From: Eledone cirrhosa
Taxonomy: Eukaryota
Length of the DNA stretch: 64,000 nt
Direction: 5' to 3'
NCBI GenBank assembly: GCA_964016885.1
Contig: OZ024766.1
Span: forward strand, 15,438,001 to 15,502,000
Positions 1 to 13,740 of this stretch are shown piece after piece. The notes under the pieces are model-generated. The model saw nothing but the letters and a program-made list of their open reading frames with translations, was not told the origin of the DNA and ran no database searches. The translations under genes and the position numbers were made by a program. Within the stretch, counting starts at the first letter, position 1, and each line of letters starts with the position of its first letter.

Positions 1-327
1 AGATAAAGCCTTTACCATGAAAATATAATAGTATATATAAAATAATGTGAATGCTAAAGGGTTAACCCTTTAACATTTAAACCGGCAATAACTGGCCAGA
101 GTTCTGTCCTCTTTTTCTTTTTAAACCACTCGTAACTGGCCACTCATACTGATGTTAAAGTATTGTTCTCAATATAAATAATATCAGATTCGATATTATG
201 TGAGGTAAAGACTTTGCCATGGAAATATAATAGTATATATAGAGTAATGTAAATGTTATGTGAGATAAAGACATTACCATGGAAATATAATAGTATATAT
301 AGAATAATGTAAATGTTAAAGGCTTAA
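1..327. mobile_element. Two tandem piggyBac-like MITEs sharing a TTAA (first one truncated by the window edge)
   Basis: TIR end AATGCTAAAGGG, then TTAA at 62-65, then CCCTTTAACATTTA; the second copy ends AAATGTTAAAGGC-TTAA at 327. TTAA target plus CCC termini is piggyBac-type. Same family recurs at 39671, 39841-42498, 52010 and 56490. Confidence 0.7.
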
Positions 328-328
328 A

Positions 329-364
329 CCCTGAAGAAAGGACTTTTAGGTCCCGAAATATTGG
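329..364 (+). ncRNA. Minimal type-I hammerhead ribozyme-like motif in a decayed Penelope pseudo-LTR end (329-530)
   Basis: CC-CTGAAGA-AA-GGAC(TTTTAG)GTCC-C-GAAA-TA-TT-GG. Stem I is only 2 bp. Downstream 365-530 resembles the pseudo-LTR end at 29161-29350 (shared GCATTGTT and AATGCTTCAA.CAAACT). Confidence 0.5.
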
Positions 365-1833
365 ACAGATAAAAGAACAACAACAAAAAAACAAAACAAA
401 GATTACCAGGTAACTTTTACTTTTCCTTACCTCATCTTATTGTCCATTTTGCATTGTTTAGCCTTCTATCTCTTTCAACGTTATATTTTATATAGAATGC
501 TTCAAACAAACTACAACATTTAATTATATATCATCATCATCATCTTCAATTAACGTCCATCTTCCACACTAGCATGTGTTAGACGGGTCCCATTTAGAGG
601 CAAGTGTGGGCTGGATGCTTTTTTGCTGTCTTCTACACGTTCAGTGTGGGTGAGATATATATATATGTGTATGTATATATCATCACCATTTAGCGTCCAT
701 TTTTCCATTCTTGCATGGGTTAGACGGGTCATTCACACCAGGAGGCAAGTCTGGCCAGGGTTGGCTATGTGTCGCACCTTGCTCAGGTGAGGTCTGTAAA
801 TTTGGTGGGGTATTTTACAGCTGGATTCCCTTCCTAACATCAACCATGTTTACAGTGTGGAACTGGATGGCTCTGTTATGAGGAGGGACAGGCCAGTTGG
901 CTGCACTGAACTCATCTCACAGTGGAACTATAATTTTTTTTGGGGGGGCCTGGTACTGGGTGGCACCATTGTGAGGAGGGGGTAGCCAGTCAGCTGCTCC
1001 AAACTCATCTCACGAGGTTACCACAGTTTTGGGGCCCTGTACTAGGGGCTATAGTGATGGTGTAGCTAGTTTATATGAATAAGTAAATCTGACGCAGGTA
1101 TATTTCTACAGTTTACCAATGTACCGTACTTACTGGCGCCAATGACGACCAATTTTTGAAAAAAAATAATAATCAACCTTCGGCCTCCAGGACATATGGT
1201 AGATATTTTGGACTTATATTAGGGAAAAAGTAATGTCTTTGATGCTAGGAAATATGGTGAAAATGTAAAATTTCCACTGTTAAATCTATCCCTGCATTTT
1301 AAGTATTCTCTATTATCTCATACTGTTACTTTCTTATAAGTCCTATAAGAATGCATTTTTTGCTAAACTGCCATAGAGCAGACCTCTGAAATGATAGAAG
1401 GATATAATTTATAGAGCATGCTGGAATACCACTGCTTACATTGGAGAGAATTTCTCTGGACAGAATGTTGATATCTACAGTTTACCAATATAGAAATATA
1501 ACATTTCCACTGTTAAATCTATCTCTGCTTCTAAAGTATTCTCTATTATCTCATACTGTTTCTTTCTTATTTCAGAATATCAGATGACATTGGGATAAAT
1601 TATTATTTTCAATCTTGGATACATCATCTCTATTTATCATCATTTGAAGACTAAAACCTTCTAAACAGAACTTATATAACACTGTTTATATAAATCTATA
1701 GTGCAATTACTGTGAAATATTTCCTCAAAACTGAGTTTATTTTCTTCACTATAAGATGGTTTTGTATTTTAACTAAACTTGGATGAAACAGAAGTTTGTA
1801 TTATCTTCAGATATTAACTGAAATCACAGTTGA

Positions 1834-2640
<807 letters not shown>

Positions 2641-2659
2641 TAGATAAAAACCATGTCAC

Positions 2660-3870
2660 TCACCTAAAATAGTGCCATCAATGTTGTTAATATTTTGAAT
2701 AAACCTGTTTTACTAAGAAATTCTCCTTTCATTTTATGTCTGTACAAACACAGTCTTCTCTCTTACACACCACTTCAGCTCACTCTTAAACCCAGCTTCT
2801 TCTTCAACTTGTCCAAGCTCTCCCTTTCTCTCACACTTACACAACATATCCTACAAAGCATGGTTGTTTCATATCTCTCCAGTCTACATAACCTCTGCAG
2901 TCACAGCCCTTATTTCGTTACCATGCATCATTGCATATCACCCACATGTGTCATACAGTTGTCCTTTTGTACAGAGAGAGAGAAACCTTTTGTGGTCAAC
3001 TGTTGCAGTAGCTCTCTAAACTTTTTCCATCCTATCCTTATTCTAGCTATACATCTTTCAGAGCAGCCCCCTCCACTTCTAATTAACTCACCTAGATTGC
3101 AAAATATATTTGTCAGCATACTTTATGAAGGGTCTGTTTGGAAGTGCCTCGCCTAATAAACAATGGTGCCATAACTGGACTCAGAAACCAATGGTCACAC
3201 ATACATGGTAAGTTAGCTAAGAACGTAGGTTTTACATTGGTTCACTGCGCTGGAGAAGTAAGCAGCAATCACGTTTAGGAGACAAGCTCTATCAAATATT
3301 TAAAGGGTTCCATAGAAGCAGTTGACAGTTTCTGTTACCTGGGGTATCAAATAAGCAGTGGAGGTAGGTGTTCTGAAAGTACAGTAACAAGAGTAAGAAC
3401 AAGATGGCAGAGGTTTAGGGTGTTACTACTGCTGCTAGCTACAAAAGGTTGTTTCACCAAATTGATGTGTGCATATAAACAGCAATGCTGCATTGCAGTG
3501 AGGACCCCAGAAGATTGGATAGAAATGAAGCTTGAATTCTCCAATGGATGTGTAATATTAATATACATGAAGGGGAAAGTGTAAATAAACTGAGAGAACC
3601 TGGGCATGAGAGGGAAAAGATACAGTATGCAGGAGAGGAGATTGCTGTGGTATGGACATGTGATGTGTATGAAGGTAGAGATGCTGTATAAAAGGTTGAC
3701 CACTTGAAATTGATGGAAGAGGAAGACCTAGGAATGCTTGGGATGTGGAGGTAAAAACTGACCTGACACCATTGTACCTCTCAAAGGTGATGACACAGGA
3801 TTGAAATCTCTGGCGTTATACAGTACTGCAGGAGACCTGCATTCCCATGTGCACGGGTTGACACAACATT
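2660..3870. mobile_element. Two degenerate RTE-type LINE fragments in opposite orientation (minus ~2660-3110, plus ~3130-3870)
   Basis: Both contain remnants of SGGGCSE...RIGWKKFRELL, as in the longer LINEs at 26-28 kb and 40-42 kb. Confidence 0.7.
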
Positions 3871-5442
3871 TAGTGGTTTGAAGTATGCTCCAATTTTCCT
3901 CCCTTTCACATCTTAACACTCCACCCCCTTACCAGCTAAGTACACCACCCTGACCTACCTCTCCAATCCCCACTCTACATACACACAACCCCACCCCCAC
4001 TTTCACATCTGATACACCTCTCTTGACCAACCCATGTATACAAGTAAGGAAAGCTTAACATGCTCTCCTCCAATGCTGCTGAAATGGCTAAACCCTCAGG
4101 CAACCCTGTAAGGTGGTCATGCAGGTGTCATGACAAAAGAGCACCAAGTCCTCTCTGTTAGGTAACATGACAAAAGAACACCTAACCCTCCCTGCAAGGT
4201 AGTCATGCTGATGACATGACAAATAAGCACCCAGTCCACCCTGTGAGGTAGACATGACAGAAGGCCCCTAGCCCACTCTGTAAAGTAGTCATGCTAGTGC
4301 TAGTGGCAAGACTGAAGGGACCCGAAGCACCCTTCAAAGTGATCAAATTGGTGACATGACTTGACACCATTTTTTAGTTTACTTCTAAAATATCTCATTT
4401 TTATTTTACTTCTAAACTATCTCATATATTTAAAAATTACTTATTTTAAAAAATTATTATTTATTTCTTAAAAAAATTACTTTTTAAAGATTATTTAAAA
4501 TTTTTTAATATTTTTAAATATTTTTTAAATATTTTTAAACATTTTAAATAGTTTAAGTACTTTTTAAGTATTTTATTTTGTTAAACGGGTTTTTTGAGTA
4601 TCTTCTGAGATTAAAAAACATTTTTTTTTTTATTTTTCCAGAAATTTTTTCCAGAACTTTTAATATTTTAATATTTTTAATATTTTTTAATTATTTAATA
4701 TTAGAGTTATAACCAATAACTAATTCTGGCTAAATATATCTTTCAACATTTATATCTTCGTCAAAATGGTCTCATACTAACTAATAAATAAACAAAGCTG
4801 GGTTTTTCAGTATCTTCCTAATTTAAAACATTAAAAACATATAAATAATCTTATTAACTCAGTTAATTTAATTACTTACACTAAATATAAACCAGTATCC
4901 CTCATAACTTATTTAAACAATTATCTATAACATGATATAGCCATTTATCCACTCATATATCTATTCTTCTATCTATTGATTCTCCTATTTTCTACTTTAT
5001 ATCTATTTATTTTCAATTTATTATTCAATGTCTTTATATATATTTATTTTTTCTATATATCTATTTTTCTATATACTTATAATAGTAAATATTATATTGT
5101 ATTATATTAGAATTCTAACAATAATTAGTAAATATACGTAACATTAATATAAACTTAATACTTATTTACGTTACATGAGTTCATCCTCTATAAATGTCTT
5201 TCTTCTCTCTATCTCTCTATCTATCTCATAACAGTAATTTTTTCTCTCTCTTTCTTCTCTTTCTTCCCTATCTTTCCCCAGCGTAATTTAAATAAACAGT
5301 TGTTTTTTCAATTTTTCATACATTCATTTGCATATTCACACATAACTTTGAATTACCCCTAATAAGTTTCTCCTATCCAGGGAATTTCCCACCGTTAAGG
5401 TTGATTTCCATGGGTATGTCGTTATTTATAAAACAAATTTTG

Positions 5443-5507
5443 TATTTTATCTGATGAAAGAGCACCAAGATTGACTTGGTCGCCCTTGAAATATATATAA
5501 TAAAATA
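5443..5507 (+). ncRNA. Type-I hammerhead ribozyme
   Basis: Perfect 8-bp stem I TATTTTAT/ATAAAATA; core CTGATGA at 5451-5457; stem II AAG..ACCAAG-ATTGA-CTTGGT..CTT; GAAA at 5488-5491; palindromic TATATA stem/loop III; AUA cleavage triplet ending at 5499. Confidence 0.75.
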
Positions 5508-6313
5508 AATATGCAAAAGTTCTATTTAAATTGTTGGGATACAACAAGCAAATATGTTTATAACTGATATAAAGCACTCAACAAGTATTTGGAATAAACA
5601 TACGATATTAACAATCCTTTTGTATTTTATGTACTCAATTATACTATGTACTATATTGATTTATACTTCTCTCTATATGTGAGTATATATGTATATGTGT
5701 ATATTGACATACATGTACATGTGTTCTATGCATTTTTATGAATATATGTCTGTCTGTATGTATGCATGCGTGACGCGTATCTACCAATTGGCCGAGGATG
5801 CACACACATGTATATATATGTATATGTAAGAATTGTGTGTGTACATGTACATGTATACCCATACAATTTGATTGCAGATAGACATAACTAACAGCCATAA
5901 ATGTATAACAGCTAATCTTATATATTTATATATATATATTAAAAAGAAATTGTTATAAAAAATATTTTATTTAATAACACAAAGGATGGATAACATTAAA
6001 TTAAAAATTCATTTATGCTTTGTATGTATATATTATATACGTGGTTAGATATGGTGTGTATTTTGTGAGTGTGTGTATATATATATTTATGTGTATTTTT
6101 GCGTGTGTGTACGTGTTATATGATATGTAGTTCTCTAGCAATATATAGATTTCTTAATGTTTAGATTCCAATTTTTAATATATTGATCTCAATTTTTAAA
6201 CTAAATATCTAATCATAGTTAAACAATGATTAATTTCTCATATTATGTATGTATATTCCATTCATGATTATTAATATTTCTAATTTTATTTATTCATTTC
6301 ATCTCAATTGTTA

Positions 6314-6851
6314 TCATCATCATCATCACCGTTTTACGTCCGTTCTTCCACGCTAGCATGGGTTAGACGGGTTGTCCTGTTGTGGGCAGTGTCTGGTCGG
6401 CTGACCATGCCTTGCTCATACAGGAACTGATCTGGCTTGATTTCTACAGCTGGATGCCCTTCCTAACACCAACCTCATTTACAGTGAGTGCTGGGTGCTT
6501 TTTCGTGGCGCCTACACGTCCACTTTACAGTGTGGGCTGGGTGCTTTTTTGCCGTGGCACCTCCACGACCACCTTGCGGTGGGGGGGGGGGGCATATTGT
6601 TTATATGCTTCAGCATGTACCCATGGGAGGTCGGGTACCCTGTATTACTGCGTGACGCCAGAAGTCACGGTCGTGTGTCATTGACTTTGAGAGGTGTAGT
6701 TGGGTAAGGTCGGCTTTTATCACCTCATCCCAAGTCATCTTGGGTCTCCCCACTCCGCGGTTTCCATCAACTTCTAGTGCTCTGCACCTTTTTATGCAGC
6801 TGTCATCCTTCATACGCATCACATGTCCATACCAGCGTAACCGCCTCTCTG
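6314..6851 (-). mobile_element. 5'-truncated RTE LINE 3' end with (GAT)n tail
   Basis: Near-identical to about 41790-42337 (MRMKDDSCIKRCRALEVDGNRGVGRPKMTWDEVIK). Confidence 0.85.
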
Positions 6852-7157
6852 TTAAGTTAACTTAATATGACATGACTTAATGTTTTCGTTCTTTCCCCCT
6901 CTCTCTATCTCTCTATTTTTCTCTCTGTCTGGTGTTTTGATATATCTCTCTCGTTTTTCTCTTTTTCTTTTTTCTTGTTTTCTTTCTTTCTTTCTCCCTT
7001 TTCTCTCTCTCCGTCTTTTTCCTTATCTGTAACACAACGACTTATTTAAAAAATACTAATATAAGTAAACAACTCCACTATCCCTGAGTCTTCCAAAAGT
7101 AACGGTTGCATTTTGTAAGGGTATGTCAATATTTATTTATAAAACTGTTATATATTG

Positions 7158-7222
7158 TATTTTGTCTGATGAAAGCATACCATAATTTAACATGGTATCC
7201 TTGAAATATGTATAATGAAATA
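7158..7222 (+). ncRNA. Type-I hammerhead ribozyme (diverged paralog of the 5443 motif)
   Basis: Stem I TATTTTGT/ATGAAATA with two G-U pairs; CTGATGA at 7166-7172; stem II AAG-C-ATACCAT/ATGGTAT-C-CTT; GAAA at 7203-7206; TATGTA-TA. Confidence 0.7.
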
Positions 7223-7290
7223 GATATGGTTTTATAAATATAGTTTCCATTTGTTAATATCGTATAATAAAATAAATATAGTTTTATAAA

Positions 7291-7672
7291 TCATCATCAC
7301 CGTTTTACGTCCGTTCTTCCATGCTAGCATGGGTTAGATGGGTTGTCCTGTTGTGGGCAGTGTCTGGTCGGCTGACCATGCCTTGCTCATACAGGAACTG
7401 ATTTTGGCTTTTCTACAGCCGGATGCCCTTCCTAACACCAACCTCATTTACAGTGAGTGTTACGTGCTTTTTTCCGTGGCGCCCACACGTCCACTTTACA
7501 GTGTGGGCTGGGTGCTTTTTTTGTGTGGCACCTCCACAACCACTTTGCAGTGGGAGGGTGTGGGGTCATATTGTCTATATGCTTCAGCTTGAACCCATGG
7601 GAGGTCGGGTACTCTGTATTACTGCGTGACGCCAGAGGTCACGGTCGTGTGTCATCGCCTTTGAGAGGTGTG
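7291..7672 (-). mobile_element. RTE LINE 3' end fragment
   Basis: Same 3' UTR as 6314-6700 and 41930-42337. Confidence 0.8.
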
Positions 7673-7932
7673 TGTTTATATATATATATATATACAAATA
7701 AATTATCGAGAATCGGAATCTCGGCCCATGAAATAATGAAACACAATCAAAGTGCTCAATAGTTTGGATAAACCAGAGCTATAACTAACGTTTAAATACC
7801 AACACACTGAGATAATGCTTAAAATCATTCGCACAGCCGAAAAAAACGACCAAGAAAATTCGGGTCAGACAAATAATAAATATATATATATATATTTTTT
7901 CTTTTAACATATATGTGTATATAAAATATATA

Positions 7933-8007
7933 CAGGGTCTCCCCAAAAATGTATACACACTTCAACTACAGTCTATGTAAGTGTGTATACATTTTGGGGG
8001 GACACTG
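7933..8007. mobile_element. 75-bp Tc1/mariner-type mini-MITE
   Basis: TA-CAGGGTCTCCCCAAAAATGTATACACACTT ... AAGTGTGTATACATTTTGGGGGGACACTG-TA; ~30-bp imperfect TIRs flanked by TA. Confidence 0.7.
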
Positions 8008-8454
8008 TAATATACATATCATTAAACGTATCTCCTACATGTGTATAAATAAATATACATGTATTTTATTAACAATTTTCTGTAGAATCTGTTAAACATG
8101 GAAGAAAATGTGGAGACTAAATAAATTTAACGTGTTGGTCACATTAACTTAATAATATAACTATATATTAATGAAATATGTCGAAATAAAAGTTGTAATT
8201 GTGACAAAAATATTGATTCGGTAGTTTATTATGACCAAGACTACTCATTATCCCACTACATCTTTTGTATACTATATATATACTGTATATATACTGTTTA
8301 TATATATATACACACACACATATAATTGCGTATTCACACATTATCTTAGTAATGAAATAATAATTTTAGTAAATTGTTCACCAGGCAATTCCTTCCTCAA
8401 TCATTACATAGATGTGTGTATGTAATAATTATTTTGTATTGTGTGTCTATTTAG

Positions 8455-11020
8455 AAATATGTATGTGTAGATGTGTGTGTGTGTAACACAGTAGATGTGT
8501 GTGTATGTAACACAATAGATGTGTGTGTATGTAACCCAGCAGATGTGTGTGTATGTAACTCAGCAGATGTGTGTGTGTAACACAGTAGATGTGTGTGTAT
8601 GTAACTCAGCAGATGTGTGTGTATGTAACACAGTAGATGTGTGTGTGTGTGTAACACAGTATATGTATGTGTATGTAACACACTAGATGTGTGTGTATAT
8701 ATAACACAGTAGATGTGTATGTAACACAGTAGATGTGTATATATAACACAGTAGATGTGTATGTAACACAGATGTGTATATATAACACAGTAGATGTGTG
8801 TGTATGTAACACAGATGTGTGTGTATGTAACACAGTAGATGTGTGTATGTAACACAGTAGATGTGTATATATAACATAGTAGATGTGTGTGTATGTAACA
8901 CAGATGTGTGTATGTAACTCAGCAGATGTGTGTGTGTAACACAGTAGATGTGTGTGTGTGTAACACAGTAGATGTGTGTGTATGTAACTCAGCAGATGTG
9001 TGTGTATGTAACACAGTAGATGTGTGTGTAACACAGTATGTGTATGTAACACACTAGATGTGTGTGTATATATAACACAGTAGATGTGTATGTAACACAG
9101 TAGATGTGTATATATAACACAGTAGATGTGTGTATATATAACACAGTAGATGTGTATGTAACACAGTGTATATATAACACAGTAGATGTGTGTATATGTA
9201 ACACAGTAGATGTGTATATATAACACAGTAGATGTGTATGTAACACAGTAGATGTGTATATATAACACAGTAGATGTGTGTGTATGTAACACAGATGTGT
9301 GTGTATGTAACAAGTAGATGTGTGTATGTAACACAGTAGATGTGTATGTAACACAGTAGATGTGTATATATACCATAGTAGATGTGTGTGTATGTAACAC
9401 AGATGTGTGTATGTAACTCAGCAGATGTGTGTGTGTAACACAGTAGATGTGTGTGTATGTAACTCAGCAGATGTGTGTGTATGTAACTCAGCAGATGTGT
9501 GTGTATGTAACACAGTAGATGTGTGTGTGTGTGTAACACAGTATGTGTATGTAACAGACTAGATGTGTGTGTATATATAACACAGTAGATGTGTATGTAA
9601 CACAGTAGATGTGTATATATAACACAGTAGATGTGTGTATATGTAACACAGTAGATGTGTATATATAACACAGTAGATGTGTATGTAACACAGTAGATGT
9701 GTATATATAACACAGTAGATGTGTGTGTATGTAACACAGATGTGTGTGTATGTAACAAGTAGATGTGTGTATATAACACCGTAGATGTGTATGTGTAACA
9801 CAGTAGATGTGTATATATAACACAGTAGATGTGTGTGTATGTAACACAGATGTGTGTGTATGTAACAAGTAGATGTGTGTGTGTAACACAGTAGATGTGT
9901 GTGTATGTAACTCAGCAGATGTGTGTGTATGTAACAAGTAGATGTGTGTATGTAACACAGTAGATGTGTATATATAACATAGTAGATGTGTGTGTATGTA
10001 ACACAGATGTGTGTATGTAACTCAGCAGATGTGTGTGTGTAACACAGTAGATGTGTGTGTATGTAACTCAGCAGATGTGTGTGTATGTAACACAGTAGAT
10101 GTGTGTGTGTGTGTAACACAGTATGTGATTGTAACACACTAGATGTGTGTATATAACACAGTAGATGTGTGTGTATATATAACACAGTAGATGTGTGTGT
10201 GTGTGTGTAACACAGTATGTGTATGTAACACACTAGATGTGTGTGTATATATAACACAGTAGATGTGTATGTAACACAGTAGATGTGTATATATAACACA
10301 GTAGATGTGTGTATATGTAACACAGTAGATGTGTGTATGTAACACAGTAGATGTGTATGTAACACAGTAGATGTGTATATATAACATAGTAGATGTGTGT
10401 GTATGTAACACAGATGTGTGTATGTAACTCAGCAGATGTGTGTATGTAACACAGTAGATGTGTGTGTATGTAACTCAGCAGATGTGTGTGTATGTAACAC
10501 AGTAGATGTGTGTGTGTGTGTAACACAGTATGTGTATGTAACACACTAGATGTGTGTGTATATATAACACAGTAGATGTGTATGTAACACAGTAGATGTG
10601 TATATATAACACAGTAGATGTGTGTATATGTAACACAGTAGATGTGTATATATAACACAGTAGATGTGTATGTAACACAGTAGATGTGTATATATAACAC
10701 AGTAGATGTGTGTGTATGTAACAGATGTGTGTGTATGTAACACAGTACATGTGTGTATGTAACACAGTAGATGTGTATGTAACACAGTAGATGTGTATAT
10801 ATAACACAGTAGATGTGTGTATATATAACACAGTAGATGTGTGTGGATGTAACACAGTAGATGTGTGTATGTAACAGTATATGTATGTGTATGTAACACA
10901 CTAGATGTGTGTGTATGTGTAACACAGTAGATCTGTGTGTATGTAACACAGTAGATCTGTGTGTATGTAATACAGTACATGCATGTATGTAACACAGTAG
11001 ATGTGTGTGTATGTAACTAA
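8455..11020. repeat. Minisatellite with core TAACACAGTAGATGTGT and variable (GT)/(AT) spacers
   Basis: More than 100 units of about 18-30 bp with recurring variants (TAACTCAGCAGA, TAACACACTAGA). Confidence 0.95.
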
Positions 11021-11877
11021 AGTGTAACGTACGTTACGAATGGACAACTAAAAGATTTTAACTTGTTTTTTAACAATTCATGGTGGAAAAAAATTTAAAT
11101 TGTCTCAATTCAGACCATAAAGGGCCGCAACACACGGTGTTTGACCCACTTACCGGCTACATAGCCTCGGAGTCTATTTTACTGAGACCGGCTACATATC
11201 TTCTTCCTAAAATCTTCCAACATAATTTTATACAAGAACCACATGTTAAGTTACTAATAAAATAATTAATAATTAAAAACTTCAGTAAATCCTTCAAATG
11301 ATATCTCAGTAATGAAATAATTAATAATTGTTATAAATACCTCAAAATTCCTCATTAATTAAACCCAAGACAGGTAAAAACTCCAGAGTCTTTCAATCGG
11401 ACATGAAACAAATTAATTTCTAATGGAAGAAGTAAAGATTTTAAAGTCAGCCAAGGGAGATCACTCTCAGCGACTTATCGTAATTCTTGTTCCTGAATTA
11501 ATCCGGATGAAAATATTCCGGTGTATTTTGTGTGGAGGAAACCGGATTTAGGCGGTGATAGCACGCAATACATGAACGTATGGTTCGTGAGTTCGAATCC
11601 CATACCGGGTGGTCTGTACGTCGGGGCCTTGAACAAGACACTTTATTTCTCATTGTTTTATTTCACCCAGCTGGCAAAAATAATAAGTTGTAATAATTAT
11701 AGTGGAAATGTTGTTACATAGAATTGTCACACTGAATCTCCCTGAGAAGAATGTCAACGGTATACGTGTCAATGAAATACTCAGACACATTATAATATAA
11801 GATGGGTTCTACATGTATTTCAAAGGGAAGCCATGCCATACGTCTTGCTGAATCTCCCTGAGAACTACGTATATACT

Positions 11878-12600
11878 AGTGACTATCAGACATAGTGTAT
11901 CTAGGATTACATTATCTAATGTACAGTACAGTAGTTAGTATTAGTGGCTATAAGACATAGTATATCTAGGACTACATTATCTAATGTACAGTATAGAAAT
12001 TAGTATTACTGGCTATAAGACATAGTGTAACTAGGACTACATTATCTAATGTACAGTATAGAAATTAGTATTAATGGCTATCAGACATAGTGTACCTAGG
12101 ACTACATTATCTAATGTACAGTATAGTGTCTATCAGACATAGTGTACCTAGGACTACATTATCTAATGTACAGTATAGTGGCTATCAGACATAGTGTACC
12201 TCGGACTACATTATCTAATGTACAGTATAGTGGCTATCAGACATAGTGTATCTAGGACTACATTATCTAATGTACAGTATAGTGTCTATCAGACATAGTG
12301 TATCTAGGATTACATTATCTAATGTACAGTATAGTAGCTATTAGACATAGTGTACCTAGGACTACATTATCTAATGTACAGTATAGTGGCTATCAGACAT
12401 AGTGTATCGAGGACTACATTATATAATGTACAGTATAGTGGCTATCAGACATAGTGTACCTAGGACTACATCGTCTAATGTACAGTATAGTGGCTATCAG
12501 ATAGTGTACCTAGGACTACATTATATAATGTACAGTATAATGGCTATCAGACATAGTGTACCTAGGACTACATTATCTAATGTACTATATAGCAGTTAGT
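11878..12600. repeat. 52-bp tandem repeat (~13 units)
   Basis: Unit GTGGCTATCAGACATAGTGTACCTAGGACTACATTATCTAATGTACAGTATA. Confidence 0.95.
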
Positions 12601-12632
12601 AATTGTGGCTATCATTATTATAGACTTCAAGT

Positions 12633-12797
12633 CGGTAGAGGGTCAGACGCCATGCTTTCCAGCATAGTTACGTACCTTTACGATCTGAGTTCAAATCCCG
12701 CCGAGGTTGACTTTGTCTTTCATCCTTAGGGGGTCGATAAAATAAAGTACCAGTAATGCACTGGGTAATTGCTGGTCTTGTGCCTAAAGTAGAAACA
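12633..12797 (+). mobile_element. tRNA-derived SINE (Meta-SINE-like core), 5'-truncated, with long TSD
   Basis: B-box GAGTTCAAATCCC; core CTTTCATCCTTAGGGGGTCGATAAAATAAAGTACCAG; TSD ATTATTATAGACTTCAAGT at 12614-12632 and 12798-12816. Confidence 0.8.
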
Positions 12798-13287
12798 ATT
12801 ATTATAGACTTCAAGTAAATCTTTGTCAACTTACCTCCTTCACATATAATCAATGTGTTGTGTTGTTAGTTGTTACTAAACAACCAAAGAAATAATCTCT
12901 TTGTTATCAAATTAGAAGTTTCAATGTTATCAGCTTTATTTCCTGACATTAACGTTGGTGTATCTTCTTCATCTTTAGTCATGAATTGATATCTTGTCAG
13001 AATGAAGTAGTGAGGATGACTTTATATCTTTAGCTACAGATTTGATAGGAAATATATATAGATTAGGTTGATATGTGGTCTAAAATATATATATTGTCTA
13101 TAAATGACTGATAGCAGATGTTCTGGTGAAATAGTAGTTTTACTACTACAGATTGTAATGGAACTCTTAGTAGACACAATTGTAAAGTAAGAATAGATAT
13201 GACAGTGTAAGACTGATGTCGGGGAAATAAACTTGTGTATATATATATAATTGTTACACAAGATATAATTAGATTAATTAAAGTTAT

Positions 13288-13473
13288 AATTGTTTCTACT
13301 TTAGGCACAAGGCCAGCAATTAACCAGTGCATTACTGGTACTTTATTTTATCGACCCCGTAAGGATGAAAGGCAAAGTCAACCTCGGCGGGATTTGAACT
13401 CAGATCGTAAAGGGACGTAACTATGCCGGAAAGCATGGCGTCCGACCCTCTACCGATACTGCCAATTCACCGC
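13288..13473 (-). mobile_element. Full-length SINE of the same family
   Basis: A-box TGGCAGTATCGG and B-box GAGTTCAAATCCC on the minus strand. Other copies at about 32605, 38533, 43875, 45299, 46050, 47541, 51411 and 55741. Confidence 0.8.
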
Positions 13474-13707
13474 AATGAAGGCAGCAGGTACTCGGTATCG
13501 TTGCGCATGTTTCAACTCTCTTCCCGGTGTCATACGTTAAAAGTCCCTGATATAATTTAATACCTTCAGACACAGTTCCAATCGTTTTTAGTTTATTGTA
13601 AATCAGAAAGTATCACTCAATAAAATATCAATTATATATCAATAAGAAAACCTCTAGGTAGTCTCACTGACTGCTAGAAATAGCAGCGATATTACCCATT
13701 ACAACTG

Positions 13708-13740
<33 letters not shown>

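Noticed and set aside
8451-10995. Long His/Thr/Tyr/Ile-rich ORFs (also at 24.5-25.8 kb and 53.1-54.2 kb)
   Set aside because: They are translations of stop-poor micro- and minisatellites, open in several frames, with no domain signal.
11878-12600. Regular arrays as possible CRISPR loci (also the 54-, 61- and 48-bp arrays)
   Set aside because: No unique spacers, no cas genes, and a eukaryotic context.
12835-13033. Possible downstream exon of the EGF gene (AG ... GAG|GTAAGT, ending TLIICEG)
   Set aside because: Stops in the frames tested and no recognisable domain.
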